The notes below the pieces were generated by a model. The model saw nothing but the letters and a program-made list of their open reading frames with translations. It was not told the DNA's origin and did not search any database. Shown one piece after another: positions 1-13,400 of a DNA stretch of 64,000 nt. Positions within the stretch are counted from its first letter, which is position 1, and each line of letters opens with the position of its first letter. This stretch comes from Takakia lepidozioides. Taxonomy: Eukaryota; Plantae; Bryophyta. A program made the position numbers and the translations under genes. The stretch spans positions 33,356,001 through 33,420,000 of the forward strand of contig CM060734.1 of assembly GCA_030704615.1 (NCBI GenBank). The letters are read 5' to 3'.

Positions 1-1624
1 TCGTACCTCTGAGGTGATTGTTGTTGAGAATGAGGTGCTTGAGCTTCGGAAGCCCACCAAGATTGGCAGGAATGGTGCCTTCCACATGATTGAACCACAA
101 CATCAAGCTCTCCAAGTTGGCTAGATTCCCGAGCTCTGGTGGAATTGTTCCGGTAATATAATTGAAGCTGAGATCCAGCGTTATAAGCTGTGTACAGTTG
201 GAGAGCTGAGGAGGAATCATGCCAGAAAAATTATTGTCTGGAAGGAGTAGACTCTGCAGTTTCGAAGAAACCGGGCAAAGTCCAACAGGTATGTCCCCAT
301 AAAAAAGGTTTGAACTCAGGTCGAGAAACCTCAGATTTGAGCAATTGGAGACAGCTAAAGGGAAAGGCCCTTCAAAGGAATTATTGCCCAAGATCAACAC
401 CTCTAAAGCTTGCAGTTTTCCAACGTCATCCGGAATTTCTCCTCCTAGCAGATTGCTACTCAGATCTAGAACCTGTAGTGAGAGACAGTGTACCAACGAG
501 GGTGGAAAGTTACCAGTGAGGTTGTTCATTGAGAGGTCAAGCTCCTGGAGACCATATGGAAGCTGGGGTATACTCTCACCAGTTAGGCTGTTGTGTGATA
601 CTTTCAGGAAAGTGAGACCACTGCAATTTCCAAGCGTCGAAGGGACAGGACCCGTCAAATTGTTGAACGAAATGTCCACTGACAACAAAACTGGGCTACA
701 ATATCCACTGACTGGAAGGGGACCTGTGAGCTGGTTCAAGGACAGATTTAAAGCCCTTAATTGACCTGTAGGTGTGGGACACAATTTCTGCTCTGCATCG
801 CTACAGTTTCCTGTAAACAGATCCGATGGAATGGAACCGGTCAGATTATTCGAAGCAAGTGCCAGCTGAGTGAGTTCGGAACATACTCCAAAACCTTTGG
901 GAATGCTACCTGAGAAGTTGTTGACTGAAAGATCCATATATTCCAAGCTGCTGCAATTCGAAACAAGATCCGCTATGAGGCCCGAGCCCCAAATGTTATT
1001 GTGGGATAGATCTAGCGTTTGAATGGCCAAAGCCCCATTTCCTCCAAAGACGCCCTTAGGAATTTCATCTTGTAAAATGTTGCCTGAAAGATTCAAAAAC
1101 TGAATGCCCCAGCATCCACCAAACACATCCCCGGGAATAGATCCTTTTAAAGAATTTGAGGACAGATCCAAATGCTTCAAGCTGCAGTTACCTCTACTGC
1201 TCAGTCTTAGAGTAGAGAGATTCCCAGAAAACTTATTTCCAGCCAAGGAGAGAGATTGGAGCATGTCCAGGCCACCAAGCTCCGAAATTGAGACTGTATC
1301 CCCAACCAGTCCTGTCCAACTGAGATCAACCGTAGTTACCCGTGATGATGTGCAATTCACCCCATCCCATGTGCATGGATCTGTTGACTGATGCCCTCCA
1401 GAGCTATTGCTGCCCCATCCACTGAGATAGTTTGAAGGGTCTCGTTGCAAATTCCCCTTGAATTGAAGTAGGGCTGTGGCGTCATTAATACCCTCCGAGC
1501 CTGGTAGAGAGATGCCTTCAACCACACTAGCTTGTAAGCCAGTAGCTATGAGAAGAAAAAACATTAGTGCATACATGGAGCTTTCAAGTTGAATAGATTC
1601 GAACGATCCTCCTTGACCGTCCAT
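1..1624 (-). CDS. LRR receptor-like kinase, BRI1/BRL-like ectodomain (5' part; continues beyond window start)
   Basis: Open frame from ATG at 1624 (alternative ATG a few codons later) to the window edge. Hydrophobic signal segment MYALMFFLLIATGLQASVV, LRR N-cap (DATALLQFKGNL..DPSNYLSGW..DPCTWDGVNC), then many LxxLxLSxNxLxGxIP repeats. The last repeats GDIPVGLCPVSSKLQSLLLPDNNFSGMIPPQLSNCTQLITLDLSFNYITGTIPPELGNLANLESLMLWFNHVEGTIPANLGGLPKLKHLILNNNHLRG match the BRI1/BRL2 LRR block. Missing from the ORF track because there is no stop in the window. Confidence 0.9.
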   Translation of the reverse strand, partial: MDGQGGSFESIQLESSMYALMFFLLIATGLQASVVEGISLPGSEGINDATALLQFKGNLQRDPSNYLSGWGSNSSGGHQSTDPCTWDGVNCTSSRVTTVDLSWTGLVGDTVSISELGGLDMLQSLSLAGNKFSGNLSTLRLSSRGNCSLKHLDLSSNSLKGSIPGDVFGGCWGIQFLNLSGNILQDEIPKGVFGGNGALAIQTLDLSHNNIWGSGLIADLVSNCSSLEYMDLSVNNFSGSIPKGFGVCSELTQLALASNNLTGSIPSDLFTGNCSDAEQKLCPTPTGQLRALNLSLNQLTGPLPVSGYCSPVLLSVDISFNNLTGPVPSTLGNCSGLTFLKVSHNSLTGESIPQLPYGLQELDLSMNNLTGNFPPSLVHCLSLQVLDLSSNLLGGEIPDDVGKLQALEVLILGNNSFEGPFPLAVSNCSNLRFLDLSSNLFYGDIPVGLCPVSSKLQSLLLPDNNFSGMIPPQLSNCTQLITLDLSFNYITGTIPPELGNLANLESLMLWFNHVEGTIPANLGGLPKLKHLILNNNHLRGT

Positions 1625-4600
1625 GAAAGTATACCTCTGAACTTCAATGATAACTTTGGATCTCAGGGACATAGCTAGTCGGGAGATGAAGCCTGCAAGA
1701 AACAGTGCCATATTATTGAGTCTAATTCTACTATCATTCTCTAGGAGAAGCCCTGGACCAGAACCAGGACAGAACTGTGAAGATTACAAGCTCTAGATCA
1801 TGTACAACCTCCAAGCTGATGCTGGAGTTACATCGGGCACGGGCATTGTCTTCTCACAGATCAATCCGTATTTAGGCCATAAATCTATAAATCTATAAAT
1901 CTGTAAATTGAAGATGCAAGCCAAGAAGACTCGGGAGAGATCTTCGATCGAGGCACTAAGGAAGAGACAGCCAACTAACAACCGAATGGAAAACAAGACT
2001 GAGAATTGGATCTAGAGACCCTTTCGGCTCAGACGCTCAACAACCCTAACACTATGCCTTTTCTGAAGAGTGAGGTCTGAAACAGCACCTATATGCGCTA
2101 CAAAAGGCATATTTGATGATCAACAGGGATTCTGAAAATTCCACCGTTCCATCTCATTCCCACGTCCTCTATGTACCCAAGGGAAAAAATTCAGTCAGAC
2201 TCTGAAGTCCTCAAAGCTTTCATACATCTTGCTGAGTATAGTTATTCTTCTCCAAAGCATGCAGTTATATATTCCATGAATATATACATGTGTCATATAA
2301 TTCAACTATAGGGTTTAGATATTGCTACCTTCCGTGATCTCTTGCTCTCTCTCTCACACACGCATTTTTGAGGTATGGCAAAGCGAAGGATACTGAATGA
2401 ATTCATACTGAATCATCACTTCTCGCTCTTCTGGTGGGTCGCAAGACCATAAAAAGCCATCGTTGTTCAGGGACAGAAACCCATCTGTCCCCTCTTTTTT
2501 CGCTGGATACGGGACATGGAGAGCCTATGTACATAATACATGTCTAGAGCTCTCTTCCCTCCCCCCGCCCTCTATCCAACACAGAAAACTGATATATGGT
2601 CAATTTTGATCCCGCCATGCAGTTTAATTGTTGTCAATTCGATTGCCTTTCTCTCTGGTTCATGACAGAATATCAAATAAGCTGGGCCTTGCATCAGCAT
2701 AAAGAGCGGAAAAGAGCGGGAGGCATACAAGAAGGACGCGAGTGTCGTTGAGGAGTTGAAGGCGGCGTCTGGCAGACTCCAGTCCTGCCTCCGCAACCAT
2801 CTCCCTCCTCTTTCTTCTTGCCCCTTGGTCCTCACGCATATGTAGACTGTTTCAGGAGAGGGAGAGGAGAGATTCATGAATGAATGAATCAAGGAAGGAA
2901 GCATCCTAATGGGTCACAAGAAGAGCGGTAGGCACAGAGAGAGACAGCAGCTGACTACCGATTGGAAGAGAGATTCTAGTTGTCTGTTCAGTCTAAACTA
3001 ACAGACTTGGCGGCTTACTGGAGCTGGGAAACACCATTCCATAGCGGCCTTTTGAGGTCGATCGAACAACGATCAGAAAGAAAAAGACAAAGATATTGGA
3101 TCAGAGCCGGTACGAAGTACGAAGGCCAGGAACACCGGGGGCAATGCCGTGGATTTGGGCCGAAAGAAACAACCCGGAACTGTACACTCAAAACAGAAGC
3201 CTGGAGAAGAGAAGAAAAAGGTCAAGGGGTGCACTGGTCAAAACGCACGAGTGCTGGGAGGAGATGGAGGGTCCCGGACTCCCCACCTCCACTCTCTTCG
3301 CCGCGATAACTTAGAGTCTCATCTGCTTAGGTATATCATCATGCTCCATGCCCACCCTACTGCCTGCCCAGGTTGGGTGCCCTCAACCTCCACCCATTGC
3401 TCTGGGATGGTTGCCCCTCCCCAATTAGCTCTTGACAGTACTATCGAGTAGAGGAGCGCAAAGTTCCTACAGTAAACTACTGGGATTTAAGGCAAAAGTC
3501 AAACTACACTGGTCACGTGTACAAGACCAATAAGGAATATTTTCCGATAATATGTCTTTATGGCGGCTGCTCTTTATAGTGATGGGTTACAGATACGCTC
3601 GATTCCTTCTCTGAGTTGGTATCCACTGTCCAGAGATTTGTTCGCCACACAAACCGACACAACTCCATTTGAATGTCTTCAATTACCGAGAAGGTACATT
3701 GATACCGAAGTTCTGAGCTTCAGTGGTGTCTTTGAAACAAAACAGTAACGCTTAACATCAGTAGTTCCAGAGGTAGGACCCACAGAGACTGGGCCACCTA
3801 CTGCAAGGCTGGCGTGGATCTGATGTTCGTGCTCAGCAGCACCCGCCACGTTGAGTCCTTGTGTTTACGTGGAGTCCTTAGGGTGGGTGAGTCTCAAAGC
3901 ATTTGTCGGCCATAGCCCAGGCACTGGCATCAGCTCTGAATTATCTGCAAACACTTTTTGATCAGAGGACTGTACACAAACTTGTAGGTGTAACGGAATT
4001 TCAGTTCTCATCACATTCCGCTGCACGTAAACTTCCGCCGCGAGTTCTCTTGCTCCCCTGTCCTGTCCCGCACCTTGTGCTGCTGTTCCGCTCTCCGAGT
4101 TCTTTGGACCAGATTCTCCTTCTTCTGTCCATCTAACCAAGAATGAAGATAGCCAAAACTTGTACACTCTTCGTTTATAAAGTCTACTAGTTACTATCTT
4201 CCCCTAGGAACTCGGGAGACAGTGATCACACCTTTGATGTCTGTCCTTCAGGACAGACTCTGGATCTGTCTGCAGAACTACCCGGGCATCCGCAGCATTC
4301 AAATGATGACTGCAGGCTTTGGCAGCATGCCAGGTTGCGTGTGTCCAGTACCTGACACCTCCAATCCCACGGTGTGGCCGGGCCAGATACTTTGCATGCT
4401 TAATTAGCAATCAACCAGGGCCCAGAGCAGCATTGCTCGAACCATGAACCGCTAGAGACTCACCTCGGGAGACGTCCTGGACCATGAAAGAACTCGCGTG
4501 TGGATGATGAGATGACGACCAAGACCTCTTCTCCTCCTCTTGGGTAATGTTAGCTGGATTGCATGGTTTAGATGAGCACACACAAGTTTCATTTGTCAGC

Positions 4601-5653
4601 AGGGTGGGTCCCTCCGGATGCCCATTCGTGCAGGGTGGCTTTGGTTGCACAAGCATCAACTTTTGTCAACGTGATGCCGGGCAACCTCAAGATTGGTCGG
4701 TCCAATTCTACGAGTTAGGTCCCACTTCCATTGACTGGAAGAATGACTTGTCTGCAACCATGGCTTCCTTGCAATGCTTGCAAGCATCACCTGCAGCTTA
4801 TGAGAGACTTGCATCGCACGCTCTTACCCACAACCCATCTTTTGTCAACTCACTGGGATAGACTTTGCAACCCCCACCTCGTCTCATATCATATGCAAGA
4901 AAACACAAGGCATGGATCCCACTGCATGAAAGTCGGTCGTGAGGCTCTATAGAAAAGTGTAAGTAAGTATGAATTATGGTGTCTCTTCTCCTTCATGGAT
5001 GTCCAAGGCCTCTTGTCACTGTTAACACAGCTATTCCACTAAAACCCAACATTTTCTCATCCATAAACTCCGTTTTTCATCCAAGAAGAGACCCTCTCAT
5101 CAATAAAGGCCGAACAATGCGGCCATATAAATCTACCAACCGCATACTTACCATATACAGATGCAGCCAAATAAAATGCAAAGAAAAAATATGATACTCC
5201 CTCATACCTGTTATTTTATAATAAGTTAAAAGAGTGCGGCCTTTTGGCCTATAAGGGTTTAGTTTTCCCTTCAATAATCTTAATAAAGCTATCAAACCTT
5301 TAAAATAAAAAAAACCTTTTCCACAAAAAGAAAAACAAGAAAGAGTGACAGGTTGATATCAAGTTATTAATTTCCAGATTTGATATAGAGAGTCAACCCA
5401 CATCAGAGTGGTGGTGCATGCAAGCTGCATCCCCATTCTGGCCCTGATCTCATAAATTAAGTAATATTCTGTTTCTTCTTCTTCTCTTTTCTGTTTTATC
5501 TCTTTTTTTTTCTGTTTGTATTATAGATTGGAAGTGATTTGAAATTTTCGAAACCATACTTTGTCAATAATGAATTTCTCTTTTTTTCCCTCTTTTTTCA
5601 TCTCTTTCCTTATGGCTCTGTTTCCCCTTTCCTCGTAAATATAAGTCACAAGA

Positions 5654-5843
5654 GGGCTGTGGCCTGGTGGTAAGCCACTCCTGTATTGGCCTGTGGGTCT
5701 GGGGCTCAAACCCTGTCATCTATATCTCTGCCTTCGGGCTGGGGCTCTGCCCCTGTAATGCCTCCATGGCTCAGAAAGGGGGTTTATTTCCCCCTCAAGG
5801 CCCAGTTGCTGGGGCTGGTGTTTCCTTGGAGAAAAAATAAAAA
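5654..5843 (+). mobile_element. tRNA-derived SINE copy
   Basis: A-box-like TGGCCTGGTGG (5660), B-box-like GGCTCAAACCC (5703), body motifs GAAAGGGGGTT...CTCAAGG...GGTGTTTCC shared with copies at ~21.0, 30.8 and 62.8 kb, A-rich tail. Confidence 0.65.
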
Positions 5844-6638
5844 TATATATTTTTTGTCCCTTAGTAGACTTAGTAGACTGCGGCACGGTGCCAGAGAACT
5901 TGGGCTTCATTATGAAAACTGGGTCCCATCAATTGGAACCCTAGAGGCACTTTGTATGCTCACCCCTGGCCCCTTGAATGCCGTCACCTTTATCACTGGT
6001 CATACTTGCCTTTTTGACCACACTTGTAGGGCAATGCCAATTGGCTTGCAAGTGGAGAACCCTTGGAAGGTACCGGCTAGATCACATGAATTGCATCTAA
6101 CTTATTGCCGCCAATTTCAACATGCATATATGAAGCAAAGCCAGAGAGCATGACGGTAACACTGATGAAATTGAACAAATGATATATGTTTAAGGAGTTG
6201 ATCACATAAATTGCATGTATTGCAAGAATTACATGTGATATCCTCCAAGTTCAACTGGTCCATAAGTCCATACCTTGGTCCAGTGCAACTTGGTTGTCTA
6301 CACTCAATATAGTATATGGTGAGATTGGGCTTATATGTATGGACCAAGGTCCATACCTAGGACCCCAACTGGTCCATACCTTGGAAGTGTTGTTGCTATG
6401 CCCGCAGGAAGGCTGTAGTCCTTACGCAAAAAAAGAAGGTTCTCAAATGAGCACAATACTACACTTATTTCTTTGCTTAAGATATCCATCTGGAAATAAA
6501 AAATTGGAAATAAATTTCGCTTGTGAACTTTTTTTAATCTGTGAATTTATTTAAAAATAAATTGCCAAACGAAACTCTATAAACTCAAATAGCTGTAATA
6601 TATTTGGGTCATCTTTATCATTTTTAGGGTGCAACCTA

Positions 6639-6796
6639 TAGTTGCAGCCTATAGGACTATTTTTAGTTGAGCCTCCGTAGCTTAATCCCTTTTTACTATT
6701 AGCATTGTCATTTAGGAGTATGATAATTTACAACTACTCAAGGTCCCAAAACGACAGTTTTGTAGAGCGTTTTTGGTCCACTATAGGCTGCAACTA
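6639..6796. repeat. Short fold-back/MITE-like element with a 16-bp perfect inverted repeat
   Basis: TAGTTGCAGCCTATAG (6639-6654) and its reverse complement CTATAGGCTGCAACTA (6781-6796). Confidence 0.6.
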
Positions 6797-9222
6797 CCCA
6801 CAATCTAACCATGATGATGGTTATTACAATTTGTCTAAATGAAGAAAACTTGTCTAATGATGCTAACTCTGGTTGTACTATGAAAAAAACATGGCTGTAT
6901 ATATATTCCTTGATGAGCTAATCATGATACTATGGGCCTAAGGTGTATAGTCAAATATATGTCAAAGCCCACATGAGAATTCTAATTAACAAACCATTTT
7001 GCTCCAGAGAGTTTTAGGCTTTGGGAATTTGTTCATGTGGATATTAGACATAGCTCATCATTCAAACTGTGGTGTTTAATCATGCATTTAATGCATAATT
7101 CAATCCATCAACATCTTAATGTATCATTAAAGAGAGAAGAGAGAGAGAAAAGACTCCTGCGGGCCGGACTAAGAGCCGTTTTACCTTACAACTAATATGC
7201 CCCATTTCGGGAGCCCTATAAATTCAGGACACCTTAATTTTGATAACATATCAGAGGTAGTTTGAGGAGGGATATGGAGATCTCATACTGATGGCCTGGT
7301 GTAAGTAGACTTGCAATGTTTGATTTGGACCTCCCATTTGTTAAGAGTTGAACACAAACTCGGATATATTTTGTCGTTTCAGACACTCACAAGATTTGGA
7401 ACACGGTTGATGAACTCTATTGATGAAAAAAGGTCATCTTTGTGGGCTTAAATCACATCATTATTGCGCCATTGTATGTACTTCCCATTGTGACTTGGGG
7501 TTTGTCTAGTACATGAGCAACAATACGAGAGGCTGACAATGGAAATTTTGCTAAAAAAAACATTGAGGCGAACGTTTTTCCTTCTGTATGTCAATCAATC
7601 AGCGATTGGCAATTTCCATGGCAAGAGATGAGTTCCCAACTTGTATTTGCTACCTCTTGATCACAATTTTTATATAGGCCTAAATGTGTCAAAGAGTCTG
7701 TCACAAGTTCCTATTACAAATGCATTAAATATGAGTAATATTGTTGGATGAGACTTTGTTAACAAAAGTGTAAATGCAGGGCCAAAACAAAAAGTAATAC
7801 AATATTGCAGTCCGTTGCATCAATGCCCATCCTTCTGCCCTCTAAGAGCATCCCCACTTGACGCCTCTATGGACCCCTGCACCCATACTTCTCTTATATA
7901 GGTTCAAATTTCCCTGCAAACGCACCACACCCTTATCCCGCTACCGTATATGTCGTAAAGGGCGGACCTGAACCCCTTCTCTTTCACTTCTCTTTCACTG
8001 TATCCGTGGCACGATATACAATGACATGAACTCGTCCCTCAACCGAGCGTTCCGACCATGGATATGTCAGAGCGTGCCTCGCAACCTCTCGCTTCTGAAG
8101 GCAGGCCGTCGGTGGGGAACGTGATCGAAGAGCGTATGAGAATGTCGCTAGGAACTCCAGCAAGGCGGGAACATATGATACAGGGGTGTAACGAGGGGCA
8201 AGGGTGTGCTAGGAGCAGCCGACCGCTTCACACACCTTTCGAGAGTCCTGAACCACCTCCTTCAAAATAGCCATAGAGAGTCCATTTCAGTGAGAAGGGT
8301 GGGGGTGCTCTAACCTGAGTGAGATCTGAAGTCCCGAAAATAGACCAGTAATCATGTGAGCTGAAGCATCGTAGAACATTTTGTGTAAGCTTTAAATGGC
8401 TCCCTACAGGTTGTCTTTCAAAACGTGCTGGTTGATCTGTCAATATATTCAGAAATGCTAGAAGCCATATATAATCAGTTTTAAAGTTGAATAATCAACT
8501 ACTACAATACTGATTGATAGGCTTGGTGGTCTGATTGATAAGATTTCTCCAACTCATTTTGAGAAGATGGTGTTTTGACAGCGTCAAATTTAACTCCTCC
8601 ATGTTACTTTGTTTGTCCCCATAAAGGAGTTTTTGAACACCATCCAATATGCAATATTAACAATTAATATTTGACGCCTCCCGAAGGAAGCATACCATAT
8701 TATGGTGTCTCTTCACCCCGAAGGATTATTGCCTTCCACTAGGAGGTAGACACCTTTCGGACACCAACCGGTCGATTGAACCACAACCACTTCCAAGGTG
8801 GTATGTGCCCATTACCACTGGGTACATAATTTTGAAGCCCCCCTTTCAAATTTTGTAGAAAGTCTCATGAATGATAGGGAAGGAAGCGGTATCATATATA
8901 GTCCAACTTGTCCAAGGTTTACCCATCAATGCCCTCAACCTGCTCCTCGATCCCCAAATCTCACCATTCACTTCGTTGAATTCACATACTGTCATGACGA
9001 CACCCAACATCCTCCACCTTAGACAAGTGACAAAAATATGCCCCACTCATCCTTACTATCCTCCGGCGCGGCTGACACACCGGCCCTCTATCTGGAACTA
9101 GAGGAGGTATCCATAACACCAGTATCAATGCAATGCACAAAAACCTTCGTTCCACAAATGCCTTAAAGCTATACACCTCACCGCACTTCATTCTCTCACA
9201 GCTATTATTACCAATAAGCGAC

Positions 9223-9224
<2 letters not shown>

Positions 9225-9301
<77 letters not shown>
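9225..9301. repeat. (CT)n microsatellite, ~38 units
   Basis: Direct reading. Confidence 0.98.
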
Positions 9302-9303
<2 letters not shown>

Positions 9304-10496
9304 GGGATGTTTACCAGATGCCATGCACTAAGAGTGGCCTTCCATGTACCCGGCACCCGTTTGAGGGAGGAAATGGACAAAAATGGCAAGGTACACATAT
9401 CGCTTTCATGTATGGGGCGGCAAGGCCCAACCCCCAAGCTAGGGTGTTTGTAGGGCACCCCGATAAAAGGGGAATGGGAGCTTAGCGACAAGTACCACTA
9501 ATTGATTGCAGTGTCCACTTACCTGCATGTGTTGTTTGCAGACCCTCCATGGCCTGCTATAGCCGGTTTGATAAAGGTGCAGAGCTCTAGATACCAGGTT
9601 ACCAAGTAGTATCCTCTACCGCGTCCTGCTAAAATCCAAGATGAGCACCCAGTCGCCGAGCTCCACATTGTGGAAACTCTCGAGGGGACCCGGCTGTTTT
9701 CTCCAAGCACTCGGCAAACCCCTTTTGCGGGCCGGGCTCCTCCCACATGGAAGGACGCTCTAAGAGGTGCAGGCTGCTTTCAGTCTTTACTCTGATCCAT
9801 CAGAAGTGTAGGTGATGTGAGATTTTGTCAACACCAGTCTGAGGAAGCCCTTGCATCAATTGAGCTTCAGTTATGTGGCGGAAGTGGTCTTATCGTAGCT
9901 CTTCTTGTAGTACAAAAAAAGACTGTTGCAACAGCTCTAGGCTCTTCCAGAAAATCAACGGAAATTCAAGGTGATGAGCACTGCATTCCGTTGAACCTCC
10001 CATGCTTCCTTACCCACAAAATTGTAAAGCAACAAAACAACTGTCATAACTCTCTACACAACCTAAATTCTTGGTATCCGACAATACGAATACACAAAAC
10101 CATGTACTTTATGAAGGATAGAATTAACTCAGCCACCCAAGGATACAATGGGTGCTTCGATCAGGCCACCAGGGAGTTCCGTCGGATGTGTTACCATATA
10201 AACCCGTGGGGGCAATCAACCACTGCTCTAAAAACTCAACTCAAAAAGGTCAAAGATTTTTCTTGCTTTGACAGTACCCTGCGATCCTCAAGAGCACCAA
10301 AACCATTTCATATAGCAATCTTCTAGGCACAAAAGCGGTTATCACATTTGTGAAGACTATCTGTTTAGTCAAAATTTAAGCTCACAGAAGCACTAGACTA
10401 CAATAAGAATCTCTTAACGTCCCCCCAGTATTTTTTGGCCGCCATCAGTGCAGTTAGCCCAACAATCAATCTGAAAATAGGGCCATTAGAGTCGTG

Positions 10497-13400
10497 TTAC
10501 GAAGCCCAGTAATTCTGTTGGTAGTATTGTTGTGATTGCTGGGGCATCTGCTGTGGCATTTGGACAACACTAGACACGGTGAATTGTTGCTGTTGAAGGA
10601 CAGCATGGGGAGACACTGCGCTTTGGGACGTTTGCTGCTGCAGCAGCATGGCAGCCTGCTGAAGTGAAGTACCATCCAAGGCCTGTTGCACCTGGCACCA
10701 ATGCATTACCACCATTTACTTGCATTGAAACTACAGATCTGCCCTTCTTTGGCATGACAATCGAACTCAAAAATTTCAACTTTCAAACGTTCTAGCTGCT
10801 GGTTTTCCCCTATTCACTTGTCCTTGACAAACTCCTGAAGCCAAACCTGACATTTCCACATCACAATGGTGTCCCCAGGTCCTGGGTAGGCAGACCAGAT
10901 TTTAAATGCAACGCAGCACCACTACTGCCACTCGGCATATTTCCACACTATGCTACCCCGATCAAGCAGGAACACTATTTCTCAGGTGTCAACACAGACA
11001 CCCATGTTTACAGAGTACCAAATACATCACCAAAATACAGTGAGCTAATGAACAACTGGTACCTAAGCTTTCCAACAAAATTGGCATCCCTGATACTGGG
11101 TACTGGTGCAACCCAAAACACCTACCCTTTCAAATAAATACTCGATCATGACTGTGAAATTCAAGTACAGAGGGTATATCAAGAAACAGAAAGAGAAACC
11201 GACACACCTGCTGTTGTTGAGGCTGGAACTGTTGCTGATCTTGCTGGGACCAAGCATAAGCAGGTGACTGGGTCATACGATAGTACGGTTCCTTCAAATC
11301 CAGCTTTGCCGAAGCTGTTTGCAGCACCCCACCTTGCCCAGCCCCTGCCCCTGGCCCCCAGCTGGATGCTGGTAATCCCCAGCAAACCAAAGTGTCAATG
11401 CACAGTCAAATGCATTGACGGTATCATTTCATATGACAAAGTAGAATTTCAGTTTTACAGTCCACATGTTTCCAGTCCAGCACATAGCCACCTAGCTTGC
11501 TTTCCTCCAGGTTTAGAGGAGACTGCTCCAGAGTGGATTGCACATGAAACACTCGGGGTACATTATGAAATAGAGGGCAAGGCAATTGGTGAATGACTTA
11601 CCTGACATGGTAAGATGGATGGTGTAACTCTGGGAGCTGTGCGCTATCAAATGGAGATGCCCTGTGATGGGTTGGCCAGCAAGCACATACAATGGTTGTG
11701 AAAGCACACAGCGTAGCTGGTACCAGTGAGTGGTTGGAGCACCGGGAGCAGTTGTCAACCACCTCTGGACCTTACTGTAGTCCACCAAAGTATTGTTAGT
11801 CTTCATTACAGTCTAAGAAAGACAAATGGGCAAATAACTGAAGGGGAACCAGCACAGAAACAACTCTTCCCAATGTCTTTTGAACTAATGCTTCTCAGTG
11901 GTTATTTTGTTTATGTTTTTCACATCTCGGGCCCTGCTCCATTGCACTGTGTCTAAATGAGTACTGCAGGTTCTATCTTATGTGAGATGCTCTCTGTTTT
12001 ATGTGTCTATCCCACTAACATAAATTTCTACCCTTATCCTAGACTTACCATAAATAAAGAAAAATGTGGCGACATGTCACTAGTTTTGCAAATGAATATG
12101 GCCCCATAGATATAACACTAAAATTATGCGATACCATTTCCTTACTGCCGAAAGGCAATGGAGAATACTTCTGCAGGATATCCTAATGCAAAAGAAGCCA
12201 GATTCCAAAATGAAAATGTACTCAGCACACGGACCTTCCATCAAAGAGCACATCAAACCAACAAGCCAAGCCATGGACACGGGCAGACACCGCCGATTGA
12301 AATTTAAGTGGGACATCTATCTCATAGAGATCCTCCTCCTGCATACCCACAGACTTTTATGAGACCCTCTAAGCTCTGGGTATGTACCAGTCGCTGCACT
12401 GTACATTAGGGCTTACTATTACAAATTCTTTTTCAATCCCTTTCTATCCCTCTAACTTTCTTCATTCGTTTTCTCTCTCTTACACACTTTCATCAGGACA
12501 GTTCCACGTGTACTCAATATCTCTGCAAACAGGCCATGAAGTTGACAACACCCCCAAACGATGACAAAAGGAAGAAGGGGCCAAGAAAGAGAGTAAGGAA
12601 ATCAGCACAAGGGTTAGAAGAATTCATTCCTACCAAGATTTCAGCTGCACGCATTGAGACGGAGGAAAGAATATGTTTGGGTTAGGATCATGACATAAGG
12701 AGGGGGCTAACTACCTTAGTGGTGGTGAAATCAATGATGTGAACAGCTGCTGGAGCAATCAGTAACCTTGGATCAAATGCATCTACCACGGGCTACAGAC
12801 AAGCCACCTCATCAATTCTGATACAAACGCCAATTCTGACAAAAAACGGAGGGGAGGAGGGTGGGCCTGAGTGCTTTCGAGGACACAGTAGAACAAGCCA
12901 TGAGCAAGCCAATGGCTGAAACTAGCTGAAACTACAGTCTCTCTACAAACCCTCTATGAAGTCGGAAAATTTTGCTACTGCAAGACAGGCATTCACTTGC
13001 CTTCAGCATGTAGATAAAGCATTACATTAATCCACACATTTAGTACCTTACAGATGAAATTTCCAAGTGGAAAATGGAAAATGGAAACAAGAAAATCCCA
13101 CCTGAGAAAAATAGCCTTGAAATGCAGAACCATGCAAAGGTGTAAGGTCCACCCCATAGTAGCTTTGCTGTTGCCAGAACAATGCCTGCCAATATGTTGT
13201 TTCCCTTTAGAGACTGCTTCACAAGTGGTTGTAACCAAGCAATATGAAGCAAGCATCAACAAGAAGATAAAATAACTGTAGAAAAGCACAAATTTTTGCA
13301 AATTGAAGGAGTGAAAATAGAGGAGACTACCTTATTGGCAATTTCACTGTATAGATACTCATCACTGAAGGGTGCCATGTGTATCCTGATATACGATATA

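Noticed and set aside
190-1391. Plus-strand ORFs 190-519, 345-764, 1104-1391
   Set aside because: Antisense shadows of the LRR gene
2900-4950. Cluster of short ORFs, possibly a very old LINE remnant on the minus strand
   Set aside because: Only a faint GIGGV/GGLG-like hint at ~4350; no diagnostic RT motif
7160-9130. Possible decayed gag or transposase
   Set aside because: Fragments such as FLQNLKGG are too short to assign
9133-9453. 106-aa ORF with SL repeats
   Set aside because: Artefact of the (CT)n microsatellite
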